Of a DNA stretch of 64,000 bases, positions 48,781-61,782 are shown in pieces. Source of the stretch: Carcharhinus amblyrhynchos (lineage: Eukaryota); NCBI GenBank assembly GCA_965287045.1, contig OZ336874.1:48174001-48238000 (forward strand). Reading direction: 5' to 3'. A program made the translations under genes and the position numbers. Positions within the stretch are counted from its first letter, which is position 1. Each line of letters opens with the position of its first letter. Below the pieces are notes generated by a model. It worked only from the letters and a program-made list of their open reading frames with translations. It did no database searches and was not told the DNA's origin.

Positions 48781-51214
48781 ATCTCCAACCTTTGTTTTGA
48801 CAAAATATCATCATGTTGGAAGAGACAGAACAGGTGGGTTCAGAACATTGACAACAGAATTTTGAGAGTAAATTATTGGAGGTTGCCTTCTCTTCACCTC
48901 AGAAATGCTTTATATGGTATATGCTGATTTTTATTTTGCCTTGTTGTCAAGGATTCTATGAATGGGTTAAACAAGAATAATCAGTTTGAGTTACTTGCCT
49001 GCATTGGTGCAGCCAATATTTCACGCTAAAAGTATACTACACCACTGTGATAATTTGCAATATAAAACCATTATGCACTGTCTCACTTTTCAAAAAATAT
49101 TGTTTTAGTTTAGAAGCAAAATTCTCCAGATTCCTTTGGTTAACCTCCTGCGTTGATTTGTGGATGCTGCACCTGTGAGTGTCTAATTACTGACAGTTTG
49201 GCAGACTCTTGAAAACTTGGAGCTCTGGCGGCATTTTCTCTGACTTGTTCAGTTCTTTAATTTGAAAAGTGGACATATTTTCCAAACAAAAGTAGATCTA
49301 GGAGTTGTTAAAGGCAGTTGACTGCTTGCCATGGAGGCCATGCTACAGCGAACAGGCAGTTTTCAGTACTTCACCCAGATGACCATCTGTGTGCCCTTTG
49401 ACAGGTAGTACTAGTCGACTGTGCCATTGTGGGATCACAGAAGTCAGCTGAGCTTAACCTATTCTCCATGCCGTTCATGTGTGCTCTGTTCTCATCAGGA
49501 AATGGAACTGTGCCCAGTTTACTTCTATCTAACCGAGGGCATCACACCAATGTCATGCTCCCTAACCCCATTCATCTTGGCAGTGGTCTCCTCCCTTAGT
49601 CCTGGAAGTTTCCTGGCTTATGTAGCTCAGCTATTCACTAGATAATATCACTCAATCTTGAAGGAAGCCCGAAGTATATTAATTTGTCATTTTGATCCAA
49701 GAAATGATTGCAAGTGTGGAACTGAATGTCTTGGATGCATTATAGCACCAAAGGCAGTCATTCAACCTATCACAACTGTCCGGCCACCGGCTCTGAAATT
49801 GGAGCTGGACATTGTGCGCGATTAAGGGCTGATTTTCCAATTGTGCTCTTGACAGGATATCTCACCTGCCAGCCAAGCATATCAAATTTTGAGTAATAAT
49901 GCAAATGAATGACTGGAAAATCGTGCAGAGCATAAATGGCCACATTTTCTAATCTTCACTTCCAGCATGCAAGGCTTATTGCTGGTAACACAGCTCCCCT
50001 TTAAATGGAAGGTGAAGCCATTGTTTTGCTACCGAAGTGGTACTGCATAGACTTCTGGACACAATGCAAACCCTGTCACTCCTCAACTTCCCTGCCAAGT
50101 AGTCATTCTTCATCTGTCAGCTTTGATGGTAAGTGTTGACAGGACATTTAACCACAGGAGCAATCATTGCAGAGTTTACCTCATAGTTGAGCATGATGCT
50201 ATTCTCACCTGATGTCCACACAGAAAGTGACGTGTATTTTGGAATAGGGCATGTGAATGAAGCAGCCTCTGCAGATGTAAGTTAAATTGGGAGAGATTGT
50301 TGAAATCATTGTATAGGCCCAGTACTGTAAGTCATTATAAATGCTTAAATTGTGGTGCATTACTTCATCTTTGGGCACTTGCGTTAGTTTTGTTGTACAC
50401 TATGTGGTTCCTAATAGTAGCACTCTCAAAACATTAATGTACAAAAAATTAACATGGTTCATTGTGCTTCTGTCACAGAATTATGTTTTAAAAATACATT
50501 CAGTTGCCTGTAGACTTGTATTTGACAAGTTGGGAGTTGGTTAGCTCAGTTGGCTGGATGACTGCAGGGTGGCTGAGTGGGAGGGGAGTCTGAGGGGAAA
50601 GGGGGGGACTGAGTGGAGGCGGGTGGGGTCAGTTCACCTCCATGTCTGCATGGTGTGGAGGGTTACCCATTAGTTGTGGGTGGGATGCCCCACCTTGGTG
50701 AGGAGTTGGTGGAGCTCCCTTGATCAGTGACAGAGAGAGGGAGGGGTGTCACCATTTCATGTTTTGTAAGGGGGGCACTGCCTCTGAGCGCAGAGATCAG
50801 GGAGCCATTTATAAATGGCCTTCAGAACAGTGAAGCTAGTTAGGTGGATTGCCCAAAGTGAGCTCATCTGCATCTTTCAGGTGGGTGAATCCCATCCAAA
50901 AGATACTGCCAGCACCTGCTGGAAACACTCTTGTTTACCTGTTAGTGTGGGCACGTAGTGCCAAAACGGGAGAATCGGGCCCTACTTGCCCATTGTCTAA
51001 GTTTATTCAACTCTTACTTTGTCACAGTTGTCTTGGTTAGTTAACTGGTCCTGTGAGTTTTTCTTCATAAATGAAGAGGAATAAAAATGACATGTTATCT
51101 GCTGACAATCCTAATTGGCAAGTGAGTTATTTAAAAATACTAATTGCTAAGTGAGCTATATAAAAGTGCATGCTTTTAACCTCTGAGGATGTTTTATAAT
51201 ACCACCCAGTATTT

Positions 51215-51962
51215 TTATTTAATTCTTCACAGGGTGTGGACATCCTATCCCTAATTACCCTTGAGAAGATGGTGATGAGCTGTCTTCTTGAACTGTAATC
51301 CATGTGGTGTAGGTACGCCTACAGTGCCTGTAGGGAGGGTAGATGGTACACACTGCTGCCGTTGTGCATCAGTGATGCAGGGAGTGAATGTTGAAAGTGG
51401 TGGATGGAGGGCCAATCAAGTGGGCTGCTTGTCTTGTCTTGCTCTTGGTTGTTGTTGGAGCTGCTCTCATCCAAGCAACTGGAGAGTGTTCTATCACGTT
51501 CTTGACTTGAGCTTTGTAGACAGTGTGCAAACTTTAGAGAGTGAAGAGGTGAGTTACTTCAGAATTCCCTGCCTCTTGACATACTCTTGTAGCCACAGCA
51601 TTTATATAACTGGTCCAGTTCCGTTTCTGGTCAATGCAGGATGTTGATAGTGAGGGATTTTGTGTTGATGATGCCATTGAGTGTGAAAGGAAGACACTTT
51701 GATTCTCCCTTTGTTAGAGATGGTCATTGCTTGGCACTTGTGTGGTGCCATTTCTCAGCCCAAGCCTAAATATTGTCCAGATCTTGCTGCAAATGGACAC
51801 AGACTGCTTCAATATCTGAGGAGTTGCAATTGTTGCTTGACTTTGTGCAATCATCTGAGAACCTCCCATTTCTAACCGTACAATGGATGGAAGATCATTG
51901 ATGAAGCAGCTGATGACGTTCGGGCTTAAGACATTACCCTGAGGAACTCCTGCAGTGATGTC
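51215..51962 (-). mobile_element. Old LINE 3' part (same family as 20258-22000)
   Basis: ccctaattacccttgagaagatggtgatgagctg... through cctgaggaactcctgcagtgatgtc (reverse complement of DITAGVPQG codons). Confidence 0.82.
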
Positions 51963-53276
51963 TCTATTGGAGGGAAAATAATTCAGTAGGATTACAGTTC
52001 CTGACTACTATCCAGCAATCCTGTGGGCATGTGTGTGTACACACACAGTTACTACCTCACAGGCATACGCAATGAATGGTAAAGGCTGAAAGCAAAAGTA
52101 CATTGCCTTTGGGACTTGTTACTTACAATCGGAATAAGAAACTTTGCTAATGGATGGTTTCTGTTACCTACAGTATCTTTACGAATAATTGTGTGCTCAG
52201 TAGAAGTGCTAATAAACATAATCACAGCATAAATAGGAAGCTCCCCTCAGAATAAACTGTTACATACACTGGAGTACTGAGCCATGTGGAACAGGAATAT
52301 CATAAATTTGACCTCTGGTCTGTTAAATTTGTGGATCCCCAGTTGGGGTGGTGTTATTATTGTAGTGCTGCAAATGACCTGAATGCTCCTGAGCTCAGGA
52401 TTGAAACATTCCATCAGAATTCCCACTCTATCAATCACGTGGATAGCAGTAAGCTTGGCTGTGAAGCCCTCGAATGTTGAATTGTCTTCACTGGTCGCTG
52501 TCAATATTCCTGTTTCTGTTGCCTGTGAAATTGCCCTCAGCGGTGCTTTCAGTGGAGAAGATTGGCTTTTGAAATCAAAATAGGCAGGTACATCGGTTCA
52601 TAGGTAGTGCAATTTTATCTTTTAACCAGGCAGTCAAAGGTTCTAATTCCATGGTGGTCATCACTTAGCAGTATTTCATTTAGTTCCATATCAAAGGCTT
52701 CGCTAAGGGGTAGTGCTATTCGAAGTGAAGAAACAGGAGGAAAAAAAACTAACTGCTCTCTCACACTGTCTGTATTTTCTCTTAATCAAACACGGAATTG
52801 CATTAGTGACAATAAAGTAGTCTGCGGCTGATAAAAGCAAGCAGTAATCATTGACATCCGTAGGGATAGAAGACATGATTTCCTGGTTTTAGAATGATCC
52901 TCTTGGAAGGAAACGGATGACCAGAATAAGGAAATTAAAATAGAGATAAGATACTCCATGGCATCTAGTAATAATGAGAAGTTATGGTTAAATATCTAAG
53001 CAGGGTTCACGGAAATTCAAAAAATGTTCACTTTTTACTTTGTAATACACAAACTTTAGAAACTTGTAAAGGATTAATAGGAGGAAGCAGCTGAAAAAAA
53101 GTGTGTTGAAATGAAACCCAGCATTAGCTTAATGAATGGAAAGATTTGGAAGTAAAACCACATCTTTTGGAAAATGAGATTATAAAAGTTAAATTAAGGA
53201 AATTAAGTGCATACTGATTTTTACTAAAATCAGCACTTTAAAATTGTAATCAGCAGCATCAGTCCCCAAACACAAG

Positions 53277-53595
53277 AAACCATAGAAGGAAACCCACAGT
53301 GCGGAAGGAAGCCATTCAGCCATTGAGTCTGCACCAACAACAATCCCACCCAGGCCCTATCCCTGTAACTCCACATATTTACCCCGCTAATCCCTCTAAC
53401 CTATGCATCCTGGGACACTAAGGGGCAATTTAGCATGGCCAATTGCCCCTTAACCCACACATCTCTGGCCTGTAGGAGGAAACTGGAGGAAATCCGCGCA
53501 GACAGGGGAGAATGTGCAAATTGCAGTGACCCAAGCTGGGAATCAAACCCAGGTCTCTGAAGTTGTGAGACAGCAATGCTTGTCACTGTGCCACC
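53277..53595 (-). mobile_element. V-SINE with CR1-type tail
   Basis: Reverse complement of head (cactgtgccacc), core (ggggagaatgtgcaaa) and tail (catagaa). Confidence 0.88.
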
Positions 53596-53914
53596 TAGTA
53601 TTATTGTGTTATGTAGAAGGCTCCCAGTATGCTTGGGACTGGCAGGCAGCCACACCATTGCAGACACGTGTTCTGCTGCTTGTCTGCTCCAAGAGCTTAA
53701 GATATCCTCTTGTGCAAAGAAATCGCACCAAATTTTAATCGATCATTAACTAAACATTAATCTTTCTTCAAGGGTTTAGATGGCTTCACTAGCTTGGAAC
53801 GCTTAGCCCTAGTGGGACCTCTTACTGTCCAGCTTGGAGTAGGAATGGTTCCTCTTTGTCAGCCAATGTAACAGCCAATTACCTCTCAGCTGAGGAAGTA
53901 AGATATCACCAGAA

Positions 53915-54223
53915 TTTTTTTTTTTGTTTTTATTCCAGTTCATTCAAATCAAGTCCAATTCAGAGTCTCAACAAGTTGAGACATTCCTGATCCAAGCTGA
54001 CAAGACAGGGCTCTCACTGCCTGTCTTGGGCTTGATCTACATGATCCATGCTGATCGGACTAGGCATAGCTCCTCCTCCAAGGCTTGATCTCATTTTCAT
54101 CTTAGCCAAAAGGCCAAGATGCCGCTTTTAAAGATTGCTTCAAATGAAGCTAAAATGTAACCTATTGACTTCAACCAAGCACAGCATGTCTGTACTACAC
54201 TTGATCTTAGCCTAAAGGCTGAG
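53915..54223 (-). mobile_element. U2 snRNA-headed retroposed element (SINEU-like candidate)
   Basis: 54223->54193 matches U2 nt 8-38 (29/31). 54122->54099 matches U2 nt 4-27 (22/24). AATAAA at 53934->53929, then an A-rich tail to 53915. Confidence 0.75.
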
Positions 54224-55649
54224 CCTTTGCCTCTTTGTCATTTATTGGCCCTGTCAATGACAGCCAGAAGTTCGGCTTTCATAGCAGTGCTTCCCAAGCT
54301 GGGCACGTTAGAGATGTTCTGCTGGGTTCAGGGTGAGCTTTAGCTAAATATATTTTACAACAGGTGATGGACGGACATCTGACAATAACATGCTGCACCA
54401 CCACTGTTTTCAAACTTGTATCATGATTTATAATGGTTAGTGTGGAAGATTGCTTTTACTCATGGGGTGGTGTCCATGGTTGTGATAAAGGTAAGTGAAT
54501 GAGTGGCAACAGGAGATAGGCAGATGCAAATCAGGAAGTCGAAGCAGTGCGTGACCACTGGATGTGGGATAGCTGTTTCACCTAGGATGGTGGGAATGGA
54601 GTGCTGAGATTGGCAAATTGTCAAGTTACGTGTGCCAGAAAGTTGATGGATGATGTGTTTGTCTCGATCTTCAGCTGCTCTCCTGTTTTGGGATAAGATG
54701 GGGCATTGTAGAATTCTATCCCTTTTGGTGGAAATAAAACATTTAGGTCACAGTCCAGTAGAATTGATTGTCACTAATTTTAGAAATGGAATCAACAGAT
54801 TCTAAAAGGTGCTACATTATCAAGACACTCTCTTTATAAGTGGCACATTGTGTGTCGAGTCCATGATTTATGAATCCATTTAAAAGGGGGATGTTCAGCC
54901 AATAAGGATTTATGAGCCACTGCTTTGTAGAATTGACAGGCAACTCCAATGGCAATAATTGATATAATTGAATGCCTGTCTTTTGTTGCGGCTTTTCCTG
55001 AATTCTGCCAAAGTTATGGGAGCTGTCCAACAGAATCCAAGAGGACTTCCTTCCATTTGTTTTTCTACCCTTGTTCTGCCTGCACAGGCTGCATGTCACA
55101 CACAATTAGAAACACTTGTCATTCCTGCTGTATTGTAGGCCCATGTTGCTTTTATGCAGAAGTGTGCTTATAACAATGATTCTATTGCATTAAAACATGT
55201 TTATAATCTGACTAGGGTTCTAGCTGGGTCCTAACATTCCCTGAGCCAGAGTCTGCAGCAAGCTTCATTCCTTTTCTTGGGCGGGGGGGGGAGGAGGGGG
55301 TTGGTCAGTGTTCTCAAGAGTTTCAGGTGGAACCTGGTTCTTTTGGGATTCCACCCCAGTTACAGTACTTGCTGAACTTCTCAGGGCATCTTCCAGTTGT
55401 GTGTATCTCGGCTAGCTACTGCAAACTTGATCCATTCAAGACCAGGAACCTATGTGAGGCCCTTAAAATGCAAGGCCAGCATTACCAGTCTCGAATGAGT
55501 CTGTGGTTCTTTTGCAAGGCAATCTGCCCTATCACAGCTAGATTGGGGTAGGTGACAATGAAGAATCCTTGGTGCTGTTGGTCTCCAGATGGTGTAAATT
55601 ACATCACCCCTGGAAGTTATGATGGCGAGTCTGGTTTTGGGTTGGTAAG

Positions 55650-56670
55650 ACAAACAAAGCAGAACAAATCCAACCTGGCCAATTACCACCCCATCAGTCT
55701 ACTTTTGATCATCAGTAAAGTGATGAAAGGCCCATCAAAGGTGCTACTCGGATGTAATTATTCAGCAATAACCTGTGCACTGACGCTCAGTTTGGGTTCA
55801 GTCAGGCTTACTCGGACAAAAGAGCTGAACTCCAGACGTGAGGTGAGGGTGACTGCCGTAGAGCCATAGAAATTACCGCACAGAAACAGGCCTTTTGGCC
55901 CTTGGCTGCGCCGAACCATTTTTCTGCCTAGTCCCACTGACCTGCACATGGACCATATCCCTCTATACCCCTCTCATCCATGTACCTGTGCAAGTTTTTC
56001 TTTCTTAAATGTTAAAATGAAATCAAGGCCACATTGGACAGAGTGTGGCATCAAGAGTCCCAGCAAAACTGGAGTCAGTGGGAAGCAGGGAGACTTTCCA
56101 CTGGTTAGAATCATAACTAGAACAAAGTGAACTGATTGTTCTCCAACAATCACCCAGTGCCAAGATATCACTACACGAGTTCCTCAGGGTAGTGTCCTAG
56201 GCCCAACCTCCTTCAGCTGCTTCATCAATGTCCTTCCTTCCATCATAAAATCAGAAGTGGGGATGTTCATTGACTGCACAATGGTCAGCATCATTCCTGA
56301 TTCGTTAGACACTGAAGCAGCCTGTGTCAAAATGCAGCAAGACCTGAACAATATCCAACTTGGGCTGAGAAGTGGAAAGTAACATTTGTGCTAGGTAAAT
56401 CTGAGGCAATGACCAGAAGCAGACACATGGGAATATCACTCCAGGCCACTCTCAATCCTGATCTGGAAATATGTTGCCATTTCTTCACTGTCACAGGTTC
56501 AAAATCCTGGCTCAATATCTGCCTAGCAACACTGGGTGTATCTGCACCATATGAACTGCAGCTGTTCGGGAAGGCAGCTCACCACCACCACCTCGAGGGT
56601 ATTTGGAGATCCACAGGCAATAAATGCGGGCCTAGGCAGAGACGCCCATATCCCACGAGTGAATTAAAAA
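55650..56670 (+). mobile_element. Old LINE fragments (family of 20258-22000) with a CR1 tail inserted at ~55865-56018 (-)
   Basis: KQNKSNLANYHPISLLLIISKVMK and gagttcctcagggtagtgtcctaggccca (VPQGSVLGP). Tail ggcaataaatgc. The insert begins catagaaattaccgcacagaaacaggcc. Confidence 0.82.
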
Positions 56671-56849
56671 TGGGTTCCACTTACATGTTGTCAGATCTTG
56701 CAAAAGAGGTCCCCCGGAATTTCAAAGCCTCGCTTTCTACTTGTTTTTATAAAACTTGTAGAATTGTTGCACTGTTACCTCTTATCACTCCATTCCCTGA
56801 GATCTGTGTATACAGTAGGAGGATATATGAATATTAATGCATTACTAAT

Positions 56850-57080
56850 ATAAAAACACCAAGTGCTGAAAATACTCAGGAGGTCGAGTAGCATCTGTGG
56901 AGAGGGAAACAGTGTTAACGTTTCAGCTCAATGTCCTGACATTCTGATGAATGGCCATCATGCATGCAATGTTAAGTTTGTTTCTCAATCCACAGATGCT
57001 GCATGGCCTTCTAATGTACTTCTGGTATTTCCTGTTTTTATTTCTGATGCCCAGCATCCATGCTATTTTGTTTTTGTATT
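56850..57080. mobile_element. Decayed palindromic Penelope-like (family B-related) element
   Basis: agcatctgtgga (~56890) pairs with tccacagatgct (~56990). Central ctgatga motif. Confidence 0.65.
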
Positions 57081-57181
57081 GTTGCTATCTTCACGATCTC
57101 TATCTGCCACAAAATCCCATTATGCAGAGAGCTGCATGTTTCCTTACCAATATCTCTCTCTTTTCAGACAGAGCTTATGCA

Positions 57182-57496
57182 GGGCGGTGCGGTGGTACAG
57201 TGATTAGCACTGTTGTCTTACAGCGCCAGGGACCCAGATTCAATTCCTGGCATGGGTCACTGTCTATGGGGAGTTTGCACATTCTCTCCGTGTCTGCGTG
57301 GGTTTCCTCCGGGTACTCTGGTTTCCTCCCACAGTCCAAAGATGTGCTGGTCAGGTTGCTTGGCCATGTTAAGTGGTCCCTTAGTGTCATGGGGACTAGC
57401 AGGGTAAATACATGGGGTTATGGGGATGGGGCCTGGGTGTGATTGTGGTCGGTACAGACTCGAATGGCCTCCTTCTGCAGTGTAAAGGTTCCATGA
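57182..57496 (+). mobile_element. V-SINE with CR1-type tail
   Basis: Near-consensus head and core (gtgtctgcgtgggtttcctccggg...tttcctcccacagtccaaagatgtg). Confidence 0.9.
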
Positions 57497-59372
57497 GCTT
57501 ACCTGTCTAGAATGAACATATCTCATTGGTGTACTTCAACTGGATTTTTCGGTGCAAGCAGAGTATGAAGGGTAAATTCTGTTCCTTCTCGCGATTGTTT
57601 TTTGTTGGGCACAGTCCACAGCTGAATTCTCCAACCTGTTTAGAATCTGTTATAAATAAATGAACATTTAACTACTTGATGAATGGTAACTGGTTATTTT
57701 TACAGCTGCACTGGGATTGCCAGTAACACACTTCATGTTGCACAAAACTACTTGTAACAAAATCATGCAAGTTACGATAACACCAGAAAGGTTGTCGGAA
57801 AAATGCGTTTGTTCCCTAAAAAAAAACAAGAAAAGGTGGCCTTTAGTTTATAATTGATAAAACACCAGCTTCACAATCACTTGGTTACACAGTGTGTTTA
57901 TCAAGTCCTTGTGCAACTATAAACTTTAATAACTTGGGCAATGCACATGATAGAAACAAACTGTAGTAGTAAGCAACACATCAAAACATAGTTCATAAAG
58001 TTTTGACACAAAGTGCTTCAAATTTCTGCCCTCCAATATAAGTTGTTTTCACAATATATTGTGAAAACAATGTAAATCCAGTTTTCCAACAACTCATCTT
58101 TTCAACTCTTGTTGTTATTTCCAACCCATTTCAACATCATTGGCAACAACTTTAATGTTAAAAAACATGATAAACTATGCTTTCATTGGGTTGTTGTTCA
58201 GTTTGTTTCTATTCTGTGCATCCAAAGTTTTTAAAGTTAGACTGAGGCGTTATAGATATCCTATGTATTCCACACTACCCTGCACAATGAATAAATGTGG
58301 ATTTGGGCCATTAAAATATATGTTGCAGAACCTACAGAGCTTTCTTTAGTTTAAGTTTACAACTGCAGTTTCAAATGCTTAACTCACTATAATGAAATAT
58401 TTTCTAAATAAGCCTACTGAATGGATATTCAAGACATTTTACATCATACCCAAGAGCTGTGTGCATGTATATTATACTAACAGTTTAAGCTTCCTGTCTG
58501 ATGCAGTTACAGACGTGGTGGAGGAGTTTCCTTTCCCAGAAATGGGATTGTGTTTGTTCTTTGCCTCGTCACTGCAAACACTTCCCTTACCACATGTGAA
58601 CCAGACTTTCTCAGTGAGAATTACTCATCACTGATGCGCTGGAAGAAAGTCACCATCTAGCATTGCCTGTTCAAAACTTATGAACTGAAGGCAGAACTTG
58701 AGTAACGTTATGACAACCTATAGCAAACTTTGTCAGGTTCGAAAGATTACTGAAGTCCACAGCAAATATGTTAATCTATATTTGATTCTCGTACAGAACC
58801 ATTGAAGGAAATAAAAGAGATACCTAAAAGAAAGCCAGCACTAATAGATATGTTATAAATGGAACTGGCTGTGAGAAATGTGGTGACAGAAGAAAAAAAT
58901 GTGTTGAAGATTCTATCAGTTTAAAATAGTTAAATATACATTTCCTGTTGAACGCATTTTGGGTGCCCTGGATCCTTCAGACTCCAGCGTCCAATGGAAA
59001 AAGTATATAATTTTAAAATTGGGAGCTGTAGAGAAATTTTGCAGTAAAGCAATATCAGAATGTTTGCATTTTTTTTAGTTGTGCCCCCTCCCCCATCACT
59101 CCACAGACCATGTCGTGTTTGATCTTTTAAATTAATTTACTACTTTTTGATATTTTAAGATTTTGTAATGTTAAATGAACATGTGCTTTTTTTTGCTTCA
59201 ATAGAGAATAAATAAGGATGTTATTGTTGACATGATATAATGTTCCTGGCTGTATAAAGCATCTACTGACTTGTTAACAGCACTCAGGGAAATTCACTGA
59301 TGGATAATAGGACAGTCTGCTAGCTCACCCATCCATCCTCAGTTAGCCCAAGTAAAATGGCACATTTTAAAA

Positions 59373-59743
59373 ATTCATTCTTGGGACATGGACGTCGCTG
59401 GCCAGCCAGTGGGCCCCCAGCTAGCTGGCTAGCCCATCTCTACTTGCCCGAGGGGGCAATTGAGAATCAACCACGTTCTTGTGGCTTTGGAGCCACATGT
59501 AGGCCAGATTGGATAAGGACAGCGGATTTCCTTCCCTAAAGGACGTTAGTGAACCAGATGGATTTTTCCCGACAATCGGTAATGGTTTCATAGTCATCAA
59601 TAGATTTCTTAATTCCAGACATTTTTAATTGAATTCAAATTCCACCATCTGCTGTGGTGGGATTTGAACCCGGGTCCCCAGAACATGAACGGAGTTTCTG
59701 GATCAATAGTCTAGTGATAATATCACTACGCCATCGCCTTCCC
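59373..59743 (-). mobile_element. tRNA-derived SINE of another core type (possibly MetaSINE), sharing its tail with the old LINE family
   Basis: Minus strand: A box tggcgtagtg, B box ggttcaaatccc, core catctggttcactaacgtcctttagggaaggaaa, tail gggcaagtagagatgggc...cagcgacgtccatgtccca..aatgaat, similar to 56620-56665. Confidence 0.78.
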
Positions 59744-61782
59744 GGATGCTTCATCCTTAGTTAAGAGTACGTGGTAGGATTTCTGATCTGCATGGGCAGA
59801 AAGCAAACTCCATGTTGAACGGCATTTTCATCCCTACTATTTTCCCTGTTTATCCCGTCATCAGTTGTTCGAAATAGACCGTGCATCGGTGAGGGGGATG
59901 GTTGCAAAGCAGAAAGGTAAGTTAAACGATTTGAATATTTAGAAACACGAGAAATAAAATTAGGGTAATTAGAATGTGTAGTAAATATAAAATTAAATAA
60001 TTGGGAAGCAGGCGGACCGGGAGGGGGAGTGATGGAGAAACCAAGTTAGTACATATGCAAAATGTTTTACTTTTATTAAGTGATGTGTAATTTAGTTGTT
60101 TTTTCAGCTGGAGGGGACTTACTCATTTTTTCTCCTTTACTCTTTGATGTCATATTGGGGTTCTTTTCCACAGGCATGGCCACCCTCCGTAAGGGGACTT
60201 CCCACCTTCATGTGTGAACTCAGTGACTTGAATTGCATTAATTAAACTGTCATGGGGGAGGGGCAGGCACCTCCTTTCACCAGCTATATTTTGACTTTTT
60301 CCTGCCACAATCTTAGGTTTTGCATGCAAGTTGACGTTCTCTTCCTTGACGTTGGGGCCCACGTTCTGTTACCAGAAAAATCTGACTTTAGTGTCTTCTT
60401 TGCATAAGGGTTCAGTCTTGAAAATCCACAAGCTGCAATCCTTATGTTCCATTGTAAGCATTTCTTTCTCCCAAGCTATGTAAGGACTATTCAGTGATCC
60501 TGCATACTCGCATGGGGTATTTGCTTTGAGAGGGGTGTGTATTAGGCAGAAGTTGGTACTCCCACTACTGAAGCTCTTGCTGTGAGCCACTGGAACTCTG
60601 AGCTTACCTTGTGTTTGCTTTGTGAAAAGAATTTTTTTCCCCCTATTAGTCTGACTTGAAACATTTGCTTGTGTGTAAATGAAAATAAATCAACCACTGC
60701 CTTGGGAGGTAAAAGATTCTGCAGTCTGAGTTCCTACTGATCCAGTTTAATTCCCAGCTTCAAACTGCTCCATCATAAAATACACCTGGGTATCTCATTT
60801 CACAGTTGTACAAACACCAGGGTGTTTCCAGCAAGTCTAGAAACTGAAGCTGATCTCATTTAGCCTTATAGCATCTGTAGCACAATAATACTGTAAAAAT
60901 GGTTTAATACTTAATACAAATGGTGCATTACCCCAAAAGGTAATGATGTTGCATTATTTCTGTAGGGAAAGTCTTAATGTTTGATGAAGATGTTCACTGC
61001 AATGGGGCTGTCAGTCCCTTTGCATTTATAGTAAGCAAGCGAAATAGGCCCAAGGAGACCATTTCAAAACTTCAGTTCTCTTGAACAAATGAGCTTGTAT
61101 GACTTTGCAACCCCTGAAGAAGCACATTCCCTGTGGTTTTATCGCATTTTGGCAAAGTTAATGTGTTTTTTTGTTCTTTTAGAAAGCACAACTTTTGTTT
61201 TTAGAAAATGGGCAATTACAAGGCTGGATGCATGCACTAATTCTCCACAGCAACACTTGTGCATTGACTTTTGAACAATATTTATTCACCAGTGTGTCCT
61301 TGTGTTAGAAAATTAACCTGTAGACAATTTGTAGACAATTTTTGACCTGGACTCATTCCCACCAAAACTGGGTTGATATTTATTTCACATGTAAAGCTGG
61401 AGAGCAGAACTTTCTGACCCATGGGATAAGGATTTGGTTCAGATCCAGCTCACCACTTGACAGCTATTTTTTAAGCCAAATCAAACTATTTTAATTCATA
61501 GGAAATCAAACTAGTTAATTTTAATTCTTAGCAATGTGACAGTACAAAGAGGGAACATGACCTAGGTTTACAAGGAATTGTGAAGACTCCAGGCCTGATC
61601 CAAAATGGCAATGGGAACATGGATCCGGAAGTATTGTCCCTGTCTATAACAGATCCTACTCCCACCAAGGTGGGAGGGAGAAATGGGATGGGATCTGATC
61701 CACACGTGAAATCATTGTTGAGTTCAAAGGGATTCCATTTTTGCCAGAACAAAGGGCCTTACCCTGCAGTGTGTGATTTAAG

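Noticed and set aside
52030-52047. 18-bp palindrome tgtgtgtgtacacacaca
   Set aside because: Low-complexity junction of TG and CA dinucleotide runs.
52247-52583. Overlapping short ORFs as a host exon
   Set aside because: No recognisable protein motif and no convincing pair of splice sites.
54099-54223. Functional U2 snRNA gene
   Set aside because: Only nt 8-38 and nt 4-27 are present. The Sm site and 3' stems are missing.
53851-54240. cctctttgtca direct repeat (53851-53861 and 54230-54240) as the TSD of the U2-headed element
   Set aside because: The left copy is ~53 nt from the poly(T) end, so it is not a clean TSD.
58590-58840. Minus-strand exon candidate (ctttcttttag acceptor, ggtaag donor)
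   Set aside because: All three frames contain stop codons.
61319-61340. 11-bp tandem duplication tgtagacaatt
   Set aside because: An ordinary microduplication with no associated element.
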